DNA of 36,918 nucleotides from a virus (taxonomy: Duplodnaviria > Caudoviricetes). This document shows positions 9,874-18,184 of this stretch, piece after piece. Location: IMG/VR virus record IMGVR_UViG_3300037420_000901, positions 1 to 36,918 of that record; one strand, 5' to 3'. The position numbers and the translations under genes are program-made. Each line of letters opens with the position of its first letter. Within the stretch, counting starts at the first letter, position 1. The notes under the pieces are model-generated. The model saw only the letters and a list, made by a program, of their open reading frames with translations, was not told the origin of the DNA and searched no databases.

Positions 9874-10574
9874 GCAAACCATTACGGCTGATCGCCGGAG
9901 ATTGCATTATAGATTGGGTGATACATGATGGTAAAATTACGCCGAAAGCGGGCGGGGCAGGAAATATTGTTCGAGGTCTTATGGAACGTGGGCATAATGT
10001 CAGTTACCTCACTGTTTACAATCCTATGCTTTACCCCCTTAATGCTGTTCTTCCGGTACATAGGGACTCACTCACCGATTTCACTCACCGGAATGTTTTT
10101 GTCCGTGACTATAACAACGGGGTATTTCATCGGTATCGGGAATCTTTGCGGGAAAAGGTATTTGACGTTAAAGACGCCTTTGCTGTCATCTGTCATGAGG
10201 ATTCGTGTGTTCGCCGCTTTAGTGCATTGTACGCCGATGTACGTGACCCTAAAGTTCGTGGCAAATGTGATATTCTCCGAATGAGTTCTTCTGACCCTTG
10301 GGAGGAAATTATGAGGGTAATTGACTTCAAAATGGCTGTTGTTACCTATAAAGACAAACTTGAAGTCTTCAACTCTTGGGAAGCCCTCACCGAAACTATA
10401 ATATTCCGCCCGGTGGCGGCTATAGACGATATCGGGGCCGGGGATACCTTCGATGTAGGGTTCTTGGATTGGTTCGTACACAATGAGGGGAAATCCTCCT
10501 ACGAAGGATTCAAGTACGCCATGTCTTTGGCACAGGAAAAAGTCCAGCAGATCGGAGTGTTTATGAATGAATGA
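9870..10574 (+). CDS. PfkB/ribokinase-family sugar kinase, HldE domain I-like (divergent)
   Basis: IAGDCIID, AGGAGNI, DDIGAGDTF anion-hole motif. Confidence 0.8.
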   Translation: MSKPLRLIAGDCIIDWVIHDGKITPKAGGAGNIVRGLMERGHNVSYLTVYNPMLYPLNAVLPVHRDSLTDFTHRNVFVRDYNNGVFHRYRESLREKVFDVKDAFAVICHEDSCVRRFSALYADVRDPKVRGKCDILRMSSSDPWEEIMRVIDFKMAVVTYKDKLEVFNSWEALTETIIFRPVAAIDDIGAGDTFDVGFLDWFVHNEGKSSYEGFKYAMSLAQEKVQQIGVFMNE

Positions 10575-11472
10575 TATTACATTTGGCCTTCGGATGTTCG
10601 CGCCGGGGATAGGGGATTTGGTGATGACTCTCCCACCCCTTTTCCATATACTCCGGCGGGGAGCTTGTAATCATATCCGGCTGTTCGTCTTCAATGAAGG
10701 ACAACGGGATGTCGCTAAAGCATGGGGCATACACGATGTTCACATTGTTGATTTCAACACGGACTGTCGGAAACTAATGCTTGAACGGGAGTTTTACTTG
10801 GATATGTCTGAACACCCTTTAGAAAAAATATGGTGGGGTTCACAGGAGTATATCGAGAAGCACGGCCGGACGCATGTAAAATACATGATTGAAAAGATTC
10901 TCGGCGGGCAGGGATTCCCTGCGGAGAACCCACAACCTCCCATTCTCCGACACAAATTTTATTCTAAAGACCCTAAAACAATCTTATTGGCACCGGGCGG
11001 AAGTCGCTACACGAAGCACCTACCAACCGATACTTGGGTGGATTTAGTGGCTAAGTTAAAAGATCATGGCTATAAGCCTTACTTCATCGGTAATCCCAAC
11101 CATCCCGGCTCCCATCAACTACGAGAGCTACACGAGAAGGGCTTAGACTTTATTGAATATCGGGGGATGGGGGCTATGGTTTATGATATCTCTTCGGCCG
11201 GAGCGGTCATTTCGATTGACAATGGCCTATATCATATCGCCTCCATCATGGAAGTACCGACCCTTGGGATATTCGGCCCGATGCCTTCTTGGTTATGGGG
11301 CGGGGTTGGGACCAAGACGCACAATATTGACCTAGGATGCGGCATCAACTGTACGGCTACACCCGGCATATGGGAGTGTGTCGGCCATCCGTGTATGAGG
11401 GGAATTACGGCCACACAGATCATGAAGAAATTTGAAAAGGAAGTGGAGCTGGAGCCATGGATAAACCATTAG
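10567..11472 (+). CDS. GT9 (heptosyltransferase-like) glycosyltransferase
   Basis: GIGDLVMTLP N-terminal motif; LLAPGGS...K; ISIDNGLYHIASIMEVPTLGIFGP. Confidence 0.85.
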   Translation: MNDITFGLRMFAPGIGDLVMTLPPLFHILRRGACNHIRLFVFNEGQRDVAKAWGIHDVHIVDFNTDCRKLMLEREFYLDMSEHPLEKIWWGSQEYIEKHGRTHVKYMIEKILGGQGFPAENPQPPILRHKFYSKDPKTILLAPGGSRYTKHLPTDTWVDLVAKLKDHGYKPYFIGNPNHPGSHQLRELHEKGLDFIEYRGMGAMVYDISSAGAVISIDNGLYHIASIMEVPTLGIFGPMPSWLWGGVGTKTHNIDLGCGINCTATPGIWECVGHPCMRGITATQIMKKFEKEVELEPWINH

Positions 11473-12548
11473 ACCTTTGCACACTTACCTTTACCCCCTA
11501 CATTGGAGATACCTTTCTCGCTACGGCCTTGGCCCGGAAGATCAATGAAGTAACCCTCCGGGATGTCGCCATTGTACAAATCGACGCGGAACATCATTAT
11601 GCCCACCACTTTTGTCGTGAGGAGGACCGTATTTTTATTCACTTGGGCGGGGCTTTAGGGGAACTTATCAGTGTGGGCAAGAACTTTAGCCCCGAAGCCC
11701 CTCTCCATAAGATTTACTATAAAGGACAATTCAACTACTTTTATGCATCCTTAATGGAGCATTTGGATTATCTGGCTATGATCGAAGATATAACGAACCG
11801 TGCTATTACACATCTAAACCCGGATGGTGTTCTGTACTCTTTCCATTATACTTTCCCTCATGCGTTTTTCGCGCGGGAGGCTAAACGGAAAGGGATTGAA
11901 GTCAGAGGGTACATACTGGATGATGCCTACAACCTTAAGATGATTAACCACCGGGGAGAAATGGTCGATGCCGTTATATGGACGGATGAATTTATCGGCC
12001 AACGGCTTTGTCGGGAGTTCCTTGGCTGTGACCTCACGGCGGAGGACTTTGACATCAATATCACGCCTATCCCGTTTGTTCACCCTACTAAAGTTACCCT
12101 GTTTCCGGGAACCCGGGGTTCCGGCCTTCCGACCGCCGGGCATTGGGTACAGGATGTGGAGTATCTTCGGCGGCAGGGGTATGATGTCGTGATGGCTACC
12201 ATGGAATCGGATGATATCGATACGGCTCCGTTCGTGGCGGCCGGGGCTAGACTGGATGGCTTTAGTAGCATAAAAGAAATGATTGCCCATATCACCACAT
12301 CCCAATTCATCGTCTGTAACGATTCCTCAGCCTTTCACTTTGCTTGGTACTTCGGGGTTCCGGCTATTGTGAAGCAAAAAGGTGGGTTCAACGATGAATG
12401 GATACCTGAGTGGATACGGGAAGACCCCTGTTACCCCTTGATGCCTCCGGTCATGATGTATGAGGAAGAATACACATACTTACTGGATTATGGGGTAAAT
12501 GAAATCCGTTCCGTCCGGCGGGCAAGTAGAACCAATGATCGACACTAA
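11457..12548 (+). CDS. Second, more divergent GT9-like glycosyltransferase
   Basis: IGDTFLATAL; LFPGT; IVCNDSSAFHFAWYFGVPAIV. Confidence 0.7.
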   Translation: MDKPLDLCTLTFTPYIGDTFLATALARKINEVTLRDVAIVQIDAEHHYAHHFCREEDRIFIHLGGALGELISVGKNFSPEAPLHKIYYKGQFNYFYASLMEHLDYLAMIEDITNRAITHLNPDGVLYSFHYTFPHAFFAREAKRKGIEVRGYILDDAYNLKMINHRGEMVDAVIWTDEFIGQRLCREFLGCDLTAEDFDINITPIPFVHPTKVTLFPGTRGSGLPTAGHWVQDVEYLRRQGYDVVMATMESDDIDTAPFVAAGARLDGFSSIKEMIAHITTSQFIVCNDSSAFHFAWYFGVPAIVKQKGGFNDEWIPEWIREDPCYPLMPPVMMYEEEYTYLLDYGVNEIRSVRRASRTNDRH

Positions 12549-12723
12549 ATATCATTGCTGTGCTACATGTCTTAATTATCAACCCATAGGCTTCCGATGT
12601 ACCAAGCATGATCGGTATTGGAATACCCGGCCGGAATGGAAGTTTTGGTGTTGGGAGCCTAAACCCCACATCTTAGAGAAGATGGAACAGGAGGGCATTG
12701 TATGGGAAGATGCAAGAGATTAA
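12535..12723 (+). CDS. Small Cys-rich protein
   Basis: CCATC...CTKH...CW; overlaps both neighbours. Confidence 0.55.
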   Translation: MIDTKYHCCATCLNYQPIGFRCTKHDRYWNTRPEWKFWCWEPKPHILEKMEQEGIVWEDARD

Positions 12724-13076
12724 CCGTTACGGCGGTGGGAATTGACGCTTTAGGGAAAACCGCTTATGCCCGGAACTTCAACTATGGAGAGTGTACGGCG
12801 GAACCGGGTAACTGTGGATGTATCCATGCGGAGGCGGCTCTATTGGAGGTTATGTCCCGGCCGATCATGGTCATGGTATCTCACTCTCCATGTGTCTCCT
12901 GCGCTGAGAAGCTTATCAATGCCGGAGTCCTAAAGGTGAGCTATCATCAAGCATACCGGATACGTGACGGAATCTACATGCTCCGTAAGAACCGGGTTAA
13001 GGTTACGAAGCTTTCGGACAAACAATGGGCGGAGGCCACCAAGTATATTGTCGCGGGGGATTCTAATGGAAGATAA
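12702..13076 (+). CDS. Zinc-dependent cytidine/dCMP deaminase-family protein
   Basis: CIHAEAAL and SPCVSCA (HxE...PCxxC); GGAGG RBS. Confidence 0.85.
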   Translation: MGRCKRLTVTAVGIDALGKTAYARNFNYGECTAEPGNCGCIHAEAALLEVMSRPIMVMVSHSPCVSCAEKLINAGVLKVSYHQAYRIRDGIYMLRKNRVKVTKLSDKQWAEATKYIVAGDSNGR

Positions 13077-13263
13077 CCTGACACATCTTGACCCTTGGGA
13101 AGTCATCGATTTTCCTTGGGGTACCGGAGTTCGACACCGTAAAGGCCGTTGGACAAATATATTCATCAAGCCTTTAGGTGAAGGAATTAATGTGGAACAC
13201 TTAAATGTAGTCCTTCATGCTAATGGAATTGAGTTCATACCGGAGGAAGGTGGACAAAATTAG
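13066..13263 (+). CDS. Small hypothetical protein
   Basis: GGGGG RBS before ATG 13066; in operon. Confidence 0.55.
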   Translation: MEDNLTHLDPWEVIDFPWGTGVRHRKGRWTNIFIKPLGEGINVEHLNVVLHANGIEFIPEEGGQN

Positions 13264-14242
13264 AATCTATCTCGCCGGAGGAGAAAGTATGTTAAACATC
13301 CTCAAGAATAACGGGGCGGAGCATGTACTGGTTTCGTATTACTACCTCCGAGAAAAAGGAGAAAAGACAGTAGAACATCTACTGAATGCCTTCCCGGATG
13401 TGTTCTTGGACTCCGGGGCATTTACCCTAAACGTTCAAATCGCCAAGGAAGGTATTGATTGGGATAGAATCTCACAAGACCCGAGGATTAAAAATTATGT
13501 CGAAGACTATGCCCGGTTCCTTGATAAATGGGGCCACCGCTTTAGTATCCACGCCGAAATCGATGTCGGGCCGGAGGAACAAAAAACGAGGCAAAGGGAG
13601 TTCCTTGAGCAATACTCCAACAGAATCCTTCCCGTTATCCATCCCTCCGATTACCCTGAATACCAACATTACCTATGCTCCAAATATGACTATGTGGCTC
13701 TCGGAGGAGTCGGGCAAGCACGTAGTCTTGAGGCAATTAAGGCTTATGTCACCCGAAAAATCCAATTAGCTAAACGGTACGGCACCCGGTACCACGGATT
13801 CGCTATCACGATCATCGAAATGATGCGGGCACTACCTTTCTACTCCTGTGACTCTACATCGTGGCTGATGGGCGGTAAGTACGGGATGACATTTTGGTTT
13901 GATGGTCACAGGCTCCGGGCCTATGACAAATTCTCCAAGAATGTCCGGCGGAGATTCAAAAATGAGTGCCGGGCTTTAGGAGTAGATTGGGAAAAGTTCA
14001 TGGCGGATAAAGCCCCGGCCGTGAATAAATTCAATCTCCTTCAATGGATACAGTATCAAGCCTTCATGAACAACCGTGGGGCACAAGGTATCGGATTGTA
14101 CAAAGAACAACAAGAATCCTTCTTCCAAGATCATCCGAATTACCGGGAAATCTATGTTGACGAATACAGGAGGGAAGACGATGGAACTAACGGAGAAGCA
14201 AGTATTCACCCTAAAGGACCTAGTTCGGATTCAAGGGACTGA
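13217..14242 (+). CDS. DpdA/TGT-like guanine transglycosylase (start uncertain, possibly GTG 13250)
   Basis: VFLDSGAF, EIDV, LPVIH, YVALGG, YHGFA, YSCDSTSW are the TGT-fold motifs of phage DpdA-like enzymes; co-located with folE/queE/queC. Confidence 0.8.
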   Translation: MLMELSSYRRKVDKIRIYLAGGESMLNILKNNGAEHVLVSYYYLREKGEKTVEHLLNAFPDVFLDSGAFTLNVQIAKEGIDWDRISQDPRIKNYVEDYARFLDKWGHRFSIHAEIDVGPEEQKTRQREFLEQYSNRILPVIHPSDYPEYQHYLCSKYDYVALGGVGQARSLEAIKAYVTRKIQLAKRYGTRYHGFAITIIEMMRALPFYSCDSTSWLMGGKYGMTFWFDGHRLRAYDKFSKNVRRRFKNECRALGVDWEKFMADKAPAVNKFNLLQWIQYQAFMNNRGAQGIGLYKEQQESFFQDHPNYREIYVDEYRREDDGTNGEASIHPKGPSSDSRD

Positions 14243-14429
14243 TGGGAACTGGAATTACAACCCCTACATGCACGGCCTGTTTAACGGCATGGAACTGATG
14301 CTGGCTACGGTGGAAGATAGGGAGCCTATTTACAAGGACCCGCCGGATGAATGGCTTTGTGATCTGGAAGTTACGACAGACCCGGAAGGAACGGTGAGTT
14401 GTGATGGCGAGAAGAACACTCAAGGATAA
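14181..14429 (+). CDS. Small hypothetical protein (paralogue A)
   Basis: AGGAGG RBS; motif YMHGLFNGMELMLATVEDREP. Confidence 0.7.
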   Translation: MELTEKQVFTLKDLVRIQGTDGNWNYNPYMHGLFNGMELMLATVEDREPIYKDPPDEWLCDLEVTTDPEGTVSCDGEKNTQG

Positions 14430-14619
14430 CCATTACTCCGATCTTAAGAGCCAATTGGCGATTGCAGAACGGAAGGTACAGGAGAATCCGGCGGACGATT
14501 ACCAAATTGGCCTATACAATGGACTTGAAATGTTCATGGCCAAAGTCGATGGGCGGGAACCGAAGTTGATTAAAAGTCACCGGGCTTCCGCTTTAGAGAG
14601 GGCGTTGAAAAAGATATGA
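14404..14619 (+). CDS. Small hypothetical protein (paralogue B)
   Basis: Motif YQIGLYNGLEMFMAKVDGREP similar to the upstream ORF. Confidence 0.7.
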   Translation: MARRTLKDNHYSDLKSQLAIAERKVQENPADDYQIGLYNGLEMFMAKVDGREPKLIKSHRASALERALKKI

Positions 14620-15221
14620 AAATCTATAAGGACTATCAAGCAAACGGCATGACGCTCTGGAAGTGCATCACCGGGCTTCTTACTCTTAACCCGTTCTACC
14701 TGATTGTTCTCCATCGGATAGCTCATATTCTTTGGGTCCTAGATGTTCCACTTATTCCGTACATTCTCCAAGCTATCGGTAAGGTTCTCTATTCCGCAGA
14801 TATTTCCCCGGAGGCTTTCATCGGTAAGGGCATCCGCTTCGCTCATACGTCAGGCATCGTCATTGGCCCTAAAGCTATCATCGGCCCGTACTGTCAAATA
14901 TTTCAGAACGTCACCATCGGCGGGCGGGCTAGGGAAAACAGACATGGAGGGTCAATGCCCACCCTTGGACCTTGTGTATCCGTGTTTGCAGGGGCTATGT
15001 TACTGGGACCCATATACATCGGGGAAGGGGCGGTATGCGGGGCAGGAGCGGTGGTCCTAAAGGACGTAGAACCCTTTGCTATTATGGTCGGCAACCCGGC
15101 AAAACAAAAGGGAAAGGTCACATTCAGCGACGATCTACTATTCACAATGTCGGCCTTAAGTATGCTAGGGTACCTAAAGCCGGAAAAGGTCCGAAAGCTT
15201 GTTTCAGAAATAACACCTTAA
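14616..15221 (+). CDS. Hexapeptide-repeat acetyltransferase, CysE-like
   Basis: LHRIAH, DISPEAFIGKG, HTSGIVIG, QNVTIGG, GAGAVVLKDV, VGNPAK. Confidence 0.88.
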   Translation: MKIYKDYQANGMTLWKCITGLLTLNPFYLIVLHRIAHILWVLDVPLIPYILQAIGKVLYSADISPEAFIGKGIRFAHTSGIVIGPKAIIGPYCQIFQNVTIGGRARENRHGGSMPTLGPCVSVFAGAMLLGPIYIGEGAVCGAGAVVLKDVEPFAIMVGNPAKQKGKVTFSDDLLFTMSALSMLGYLKPEKVRKLVSEITP

Positions 15222-15294
15222 GAATCTAAAGGAGGTACCTACTTAAGATTCTTAAGGAACAATAGAAATAAAATAATAAACAAATAAACATTGT
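15216..15294. repeat. Copy 1 of an ~80 bp dispersed intergenic element, with a 42-bp near-perfect palindrome (15216-15257)
   Basis: CCTTAAGAATCTAAAGGAGGTACCTACTTAAGATTCTTAAGG, then an A-rich tract and AAACATTGTG; matches 36214-36289. Confidence 0.85.
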
Positions 15295-15308
15295 GGAGGT
15301 TACGCTAA

Positions 15309-15521
15309 ATGGACTTGGATTGGAAACTAATCGCATATCAACTATGGCGGATTTTAGACAATATCGACACGGCCGGGGATGTAGCAAAGGATGATGACGA
15401 AGCATATAGGGCTTTAGTCGAGAAATGTCAAAAGAAAAGATGGGAAGTTATTGACGAGAGAGAAGTACAAAAACTTTACGATAAATTCTACATTCAAGAA
15501 GATGGCGGCTCCGGCCTTTAG
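15309..15521 (+). CDS. Hypothetical protein
   Basis: GGAGGT RBS. Confidence 0.7.
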   Translation: MDLDWKLIAYQLWRILDNIDTAGDVAKDDDEAYRALVEKCQKKRWEVIDEREVQKLYDKFYIQEDGGSGL

Positions 15522-15559
15522 GTGATATAATAGTTATAAGTTGGGAAGGAGGTACGGCT

Positions 15560-16174
15560 ATGCTTGATGAATTTAAGAAAAAATTGGACGAGGATAAGAC
15601 TAGGAACGTCATCATACCGGACAACGCCGACCCGGACGATATCATTCCAAAGGATGGTCTTCCTTCTACCCCGCAGATCAAAGAGTTTATGGCGATGAAA
15701 GAACAATTAGCGGATGAACGAGTAATGGCGGCGGATATTGTGGTTAGGGAGCAAGCTCCATTGGCAGACCCTACGACAACGATTGCCACCGATTTACTTG
15801 GTGTTCCTAAGTTATGCGATCAATGCTATTTGGTCGATAAATGTCCGCATTTCCAGCCTAAGCATACATGCTATTATCAAACGGCTATCAAGATACAGGA
15901 CCAAGGCTCTATCGTTGAGCTTATGAAAATGATGATAGAAATGCAAGGCCAGCGAGTTCTATTCGGCCGACTGATTGAACAATCCGAGGGCGGCTATATC
16001 GATCAGAACTTATCAAAGGAAATGAAGCTCCTTATGGAGTTGATGAAAGACATGAAGGAGATCATGGCACCGCCACAGGAATCCGTTACGGTTATCGCTA
16101 AAGGCCCGGCCGGGGGCGGAGCGGGCGGAGGCGGTGGGATACTGTCACAATTATTTGGAGGCGGTCCAAAATGA
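15560..16174 (+). CDS. Hypothetical protein with a 4-Cys cluster and helical C-terminal domain
   Basis: CDQCYLVDKCP...TCYY; Gly-rich tail ending GILSQLFGG; AAGGAGGT RBS. Confidence 0.75.
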   Translation: MLDEFKKKLDEDKTRNVIIPDNADPDDIIPKDGLPSTPQIKEFMAMKEQLADERVMAADIVVREQAPLADPTTTIATDLLGVPKLCDQCYLVDKCPHFQPKHTCYYQTAIKIQDQGSIVELMKMMIEMQGQRVLFGRLIEQSEGGYIDQNLSKEMKLLMELMKDMKEIMAPPQESVTVIAKGPAGGGAGGGGGILSQLFGGGPK

Positions 16175-16401
16175 GGTTAATCTTTGATATAGATTGGCTA
16201 CGGCTCGGTTTTCTATGTGCTTTAACCCCGAGTTGGTCCCGGTGGTTCCTTCCTATTAACCTTACCATTGTCGGCTACCTGACATCGGCGGAGGCTACGC
16301 TATCGGTATTGTGGTTCTTCCATATCGGTATCAGGTTTCCACTCTTTAGGCCATATCGCCGGGCGGCAAGGCACTTATTACCGAAGTACAAGGGATTATA
16401 G
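16171..16401 (+). CDS. Small hydrophobic protein
   Basis: ATGA overlap with the upstream stop; hydrophobic segments. Confidence 0.5.
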   Translation: MRLIFDIDWLRLGFLCALTPSWSRWFLPINLTIVGYLTSAEATLSVLWFFHIGIRFPLFRPYRRAARHLLPKYKGL

Positions 16402-16435
16402 GGCGGGGATTTTGCATCCCCTGTTTTCTCCCTTG

Positions 16436-16510
16436 GTATCAATCGAATTAATCACTGTGTCTGGCCGAATTTGCATCAACCAATATACGTCCTAGTATCA
16501 ATCGAAATAA
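16436..16510. repeat. Direct repeat pair, possible operator
   Basis: GTATCAATCGAATTAA (16436-16451) and GTATCAATCGAAATAA (16495-16510), 15/16 identical. Confidence 0.7.
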
Positions 16511-16530
16511 CTACAGTGGGAGTGACCCGT

Positions 16531-16965
16531 ATGGAGACACAAGAGGAAGTTAAGTTCACGCCAACAGACGAACTAACTATCACGATCAAGACACAATCTG
16601 GGACTTGGGCCTCAAAACGTGCCAGTCTCACCGAAATGCTGTATCAAATAGCGGACGAGCTAAATGCTTGTGAATCGTATCCAACCAATCCGTTCCAGCT
16701 TAAGACTGATTACGGCACAGCCGACTTTGTTATTAAATCGATCATGACTAAAGAGATGCTTGAAAAGCGGCAGTACATAGAGGCTTGTCGATTGGTGGCG
16801 GAGACGCAGAATGCTTCGGTATCTCTGTTACAGCGGCGACTTCGTATCAGTTACACTTTAGCGGCTAAGTTCATTGACGCGATGGAACGGGACGGACTCG
16901 TTGGGCCGTACAATGGGGCGGCTCCCCGCAAAGTAAACATCCGCAAGTCTCGAGAACGGCTTTAA
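16531..16965 (+). CDS. Protein with a C-terminal FtsK/SpoIIIE gamma (winged-helix) domain and no motor domain
   Basis: EACRLVAETQNASVSLLQRRLRISYTLAAKFIDAMERDGLVGPYNGAAPRKV is the FtsK-gamma signature. Confidence 0.88.
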   Translation: METQEEVKFTPTDELTITIKTQSGTWASKRASLTEMLYQIADELNACESYPTNPFQLKTDYGTADFVIKSIMTKEMLEKRQYIEACRLVAETQNASVSLLQRRLRISYTLAAKFIDAMERDGLVGPYNGAAPRKVNIRKSRERL

Positions 16966-17062
16966 TCTTCGCATTTCCTATATAATATACACGGGCGGGG
17001 TACCGCCTTCTATAACCCAAGCTTTTTACAAGTTGTCTATCACTTGTAACTATAGCTTGGGT

Positions 17063-17089
17063 TATCCTTTTCTTAGGCCCGGGAACGGG
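17063..17089 (+). promoter_or_regulatory. Promoter/leader-hairpin module copy 1 (divergent)
   Basis: TATCCT-N4-TTAGG-CCCG GGAA CGGG. Confidence 0.5.
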
Positions 17090-17115
17090 TACACACAGAA
17101 GGGAAGTGAACAAAG

Positions 17116-17538
17116 ATGGACGTAAAGGCTTGGGCGCGAAACAAAGGCTGGAACGTAGCGGGTATGCTGAACTTGGCGGCGGCGAATACAGAAGCCGGGG
17201 CGATCAACGATGCGGCGGTGGTTACCGACGACGATGGCGAGAGATACTTTACGACTTACATCTACACCGTTTCAAGTGGAAGTTGGGGTAACGCTACCAA
17301 GTTCACAAGTGCTTGCAAGGAATTTTATCTGGACCCCGCCGAATTGGACTCCTGCGAGGATTGGCCGGAAGTTGAGTCCCGGGCGGATGAGGTAGCCGCA
17401 TGGATGACTGAACAGGCGCGGGAAGCTGGCATGGATGGCGAGTTCTATTACGATCATAACGAGGCGGACGGAGACTTTGACTTCTTCTACCGCATCCCTT
17501 TAGGCAAGGAGGCTGATACTGATGTTCGTTCATTGTAA
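17116..17538 (+). CDS. Acidic hypothetical protein
   Basis: 140-aa ORF after the promoter module; D/E-rich. Confidence 0.7.
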   Translation: MDVKAWARNKGWNVAGMLNLAAANTEAGAINDAAVVTDDDGERYFTTYIYTVSSGSWGNATKFTSACKEFYLDPAELDSCEDWPEVESRADEVAAWMTEQAREAGMDGEFYYDHNEADGDFDFFYRIPLGKEADTDVRSL

Positions 17539-18058
17539 ATCTTCGGAGGTCGTTCACGGCCTCCGCCGTTTTCTTCCTTCTGGTCTTACACACGCGGATA
17601 TAGCATTCGCGTGTGTCGGATGGCCCGAGTGCCCCGGTGATGCTGTTGGGCCGATGGTTGGGACATTGCTTACGAAATACGGATACGATGTTGTCGGCAC
17701 TGTGGATAGTCCGCTGTCGGCCTCGAGCATTCCTTATTATAAGGCTCCGGCTGGCAAGATCGTTTTGGCTATTGATTCTCTGTTGGGTACTACCCTCGAA
17801 CGGGGAATGTGTCAAGTTTCAACCAACCCGCTAAAGCCGGGCGCGGGAGTAGGTAAAGAGCTTCCCGAGATTGGAGACTTTCATCTTGCTGTATGTATAG
17901 GCAAGAATCACGGTAATAGCTTTTTTAATAATCAGGAGCTTAAGTTTACTAGCTGGAACGTTATTAGTCCGTTAGTCAATGAAGTAGTTCAAGCGATTGT
18001 GCAATTCGTTCCACCTCCATTGGCTTTAGACGAGGTAGCGGCCGCACAAGATTTTTAA
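17522..18058 (+). CDS. yyaC: YyaC-like (DUF1256) putative spore protease
   Basis: CVG...GDAVGPMVGTLL, GTVDSP, LAIDSLLG, PLKPGAGVGKELPEIGD. Confidence 0.85.
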   Translation: MFVHCKSSEVVHGLRRFLPSGLTHADIAFACVGWPECPGDAVGPMVGTLLTKYGYDVVGTVDSPLSASSIPYYKAPAGKIVLAIDSLLGTTLERGMCQVSTNPLKPGAGVGKELPEIGDFHLAVCIGKNHGNSFFNNQELKFTSWNVISPLVNEVVQAIVQFVPPPLALDEVAAAQDF

Positions 18059-18100
18059 TAGATTCTGGAAATTCTTCATACATCGCTTGGGCGGGTGGGG

Positions 18101-18130
18101 TATCCTTATATTAGGCCGGGCGGGACGGCC
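18101..18130 (+). promoter_or_regulatory. Promoter/leader-hairpin module copy 2
   Basis: TATCCT-N4-TTAGG; stem GGCCG/CGGCC with loop GGCGGGA. Confidence 0.6.
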
Positions 18131-18184
18131 GGGACGGATTGGCCCGGTAGTCCTCCCGAGTACAAAGATTGGAGATGAACAGAG

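Noticed and set aside
9388-12548. Bacterial LPS core biosynthesis island or host contamination
   Set aside because: The genes overlap phage-type queC and dpdA-like neighbours, share the same sequence style, and the context points to a Gram-positive host phage.
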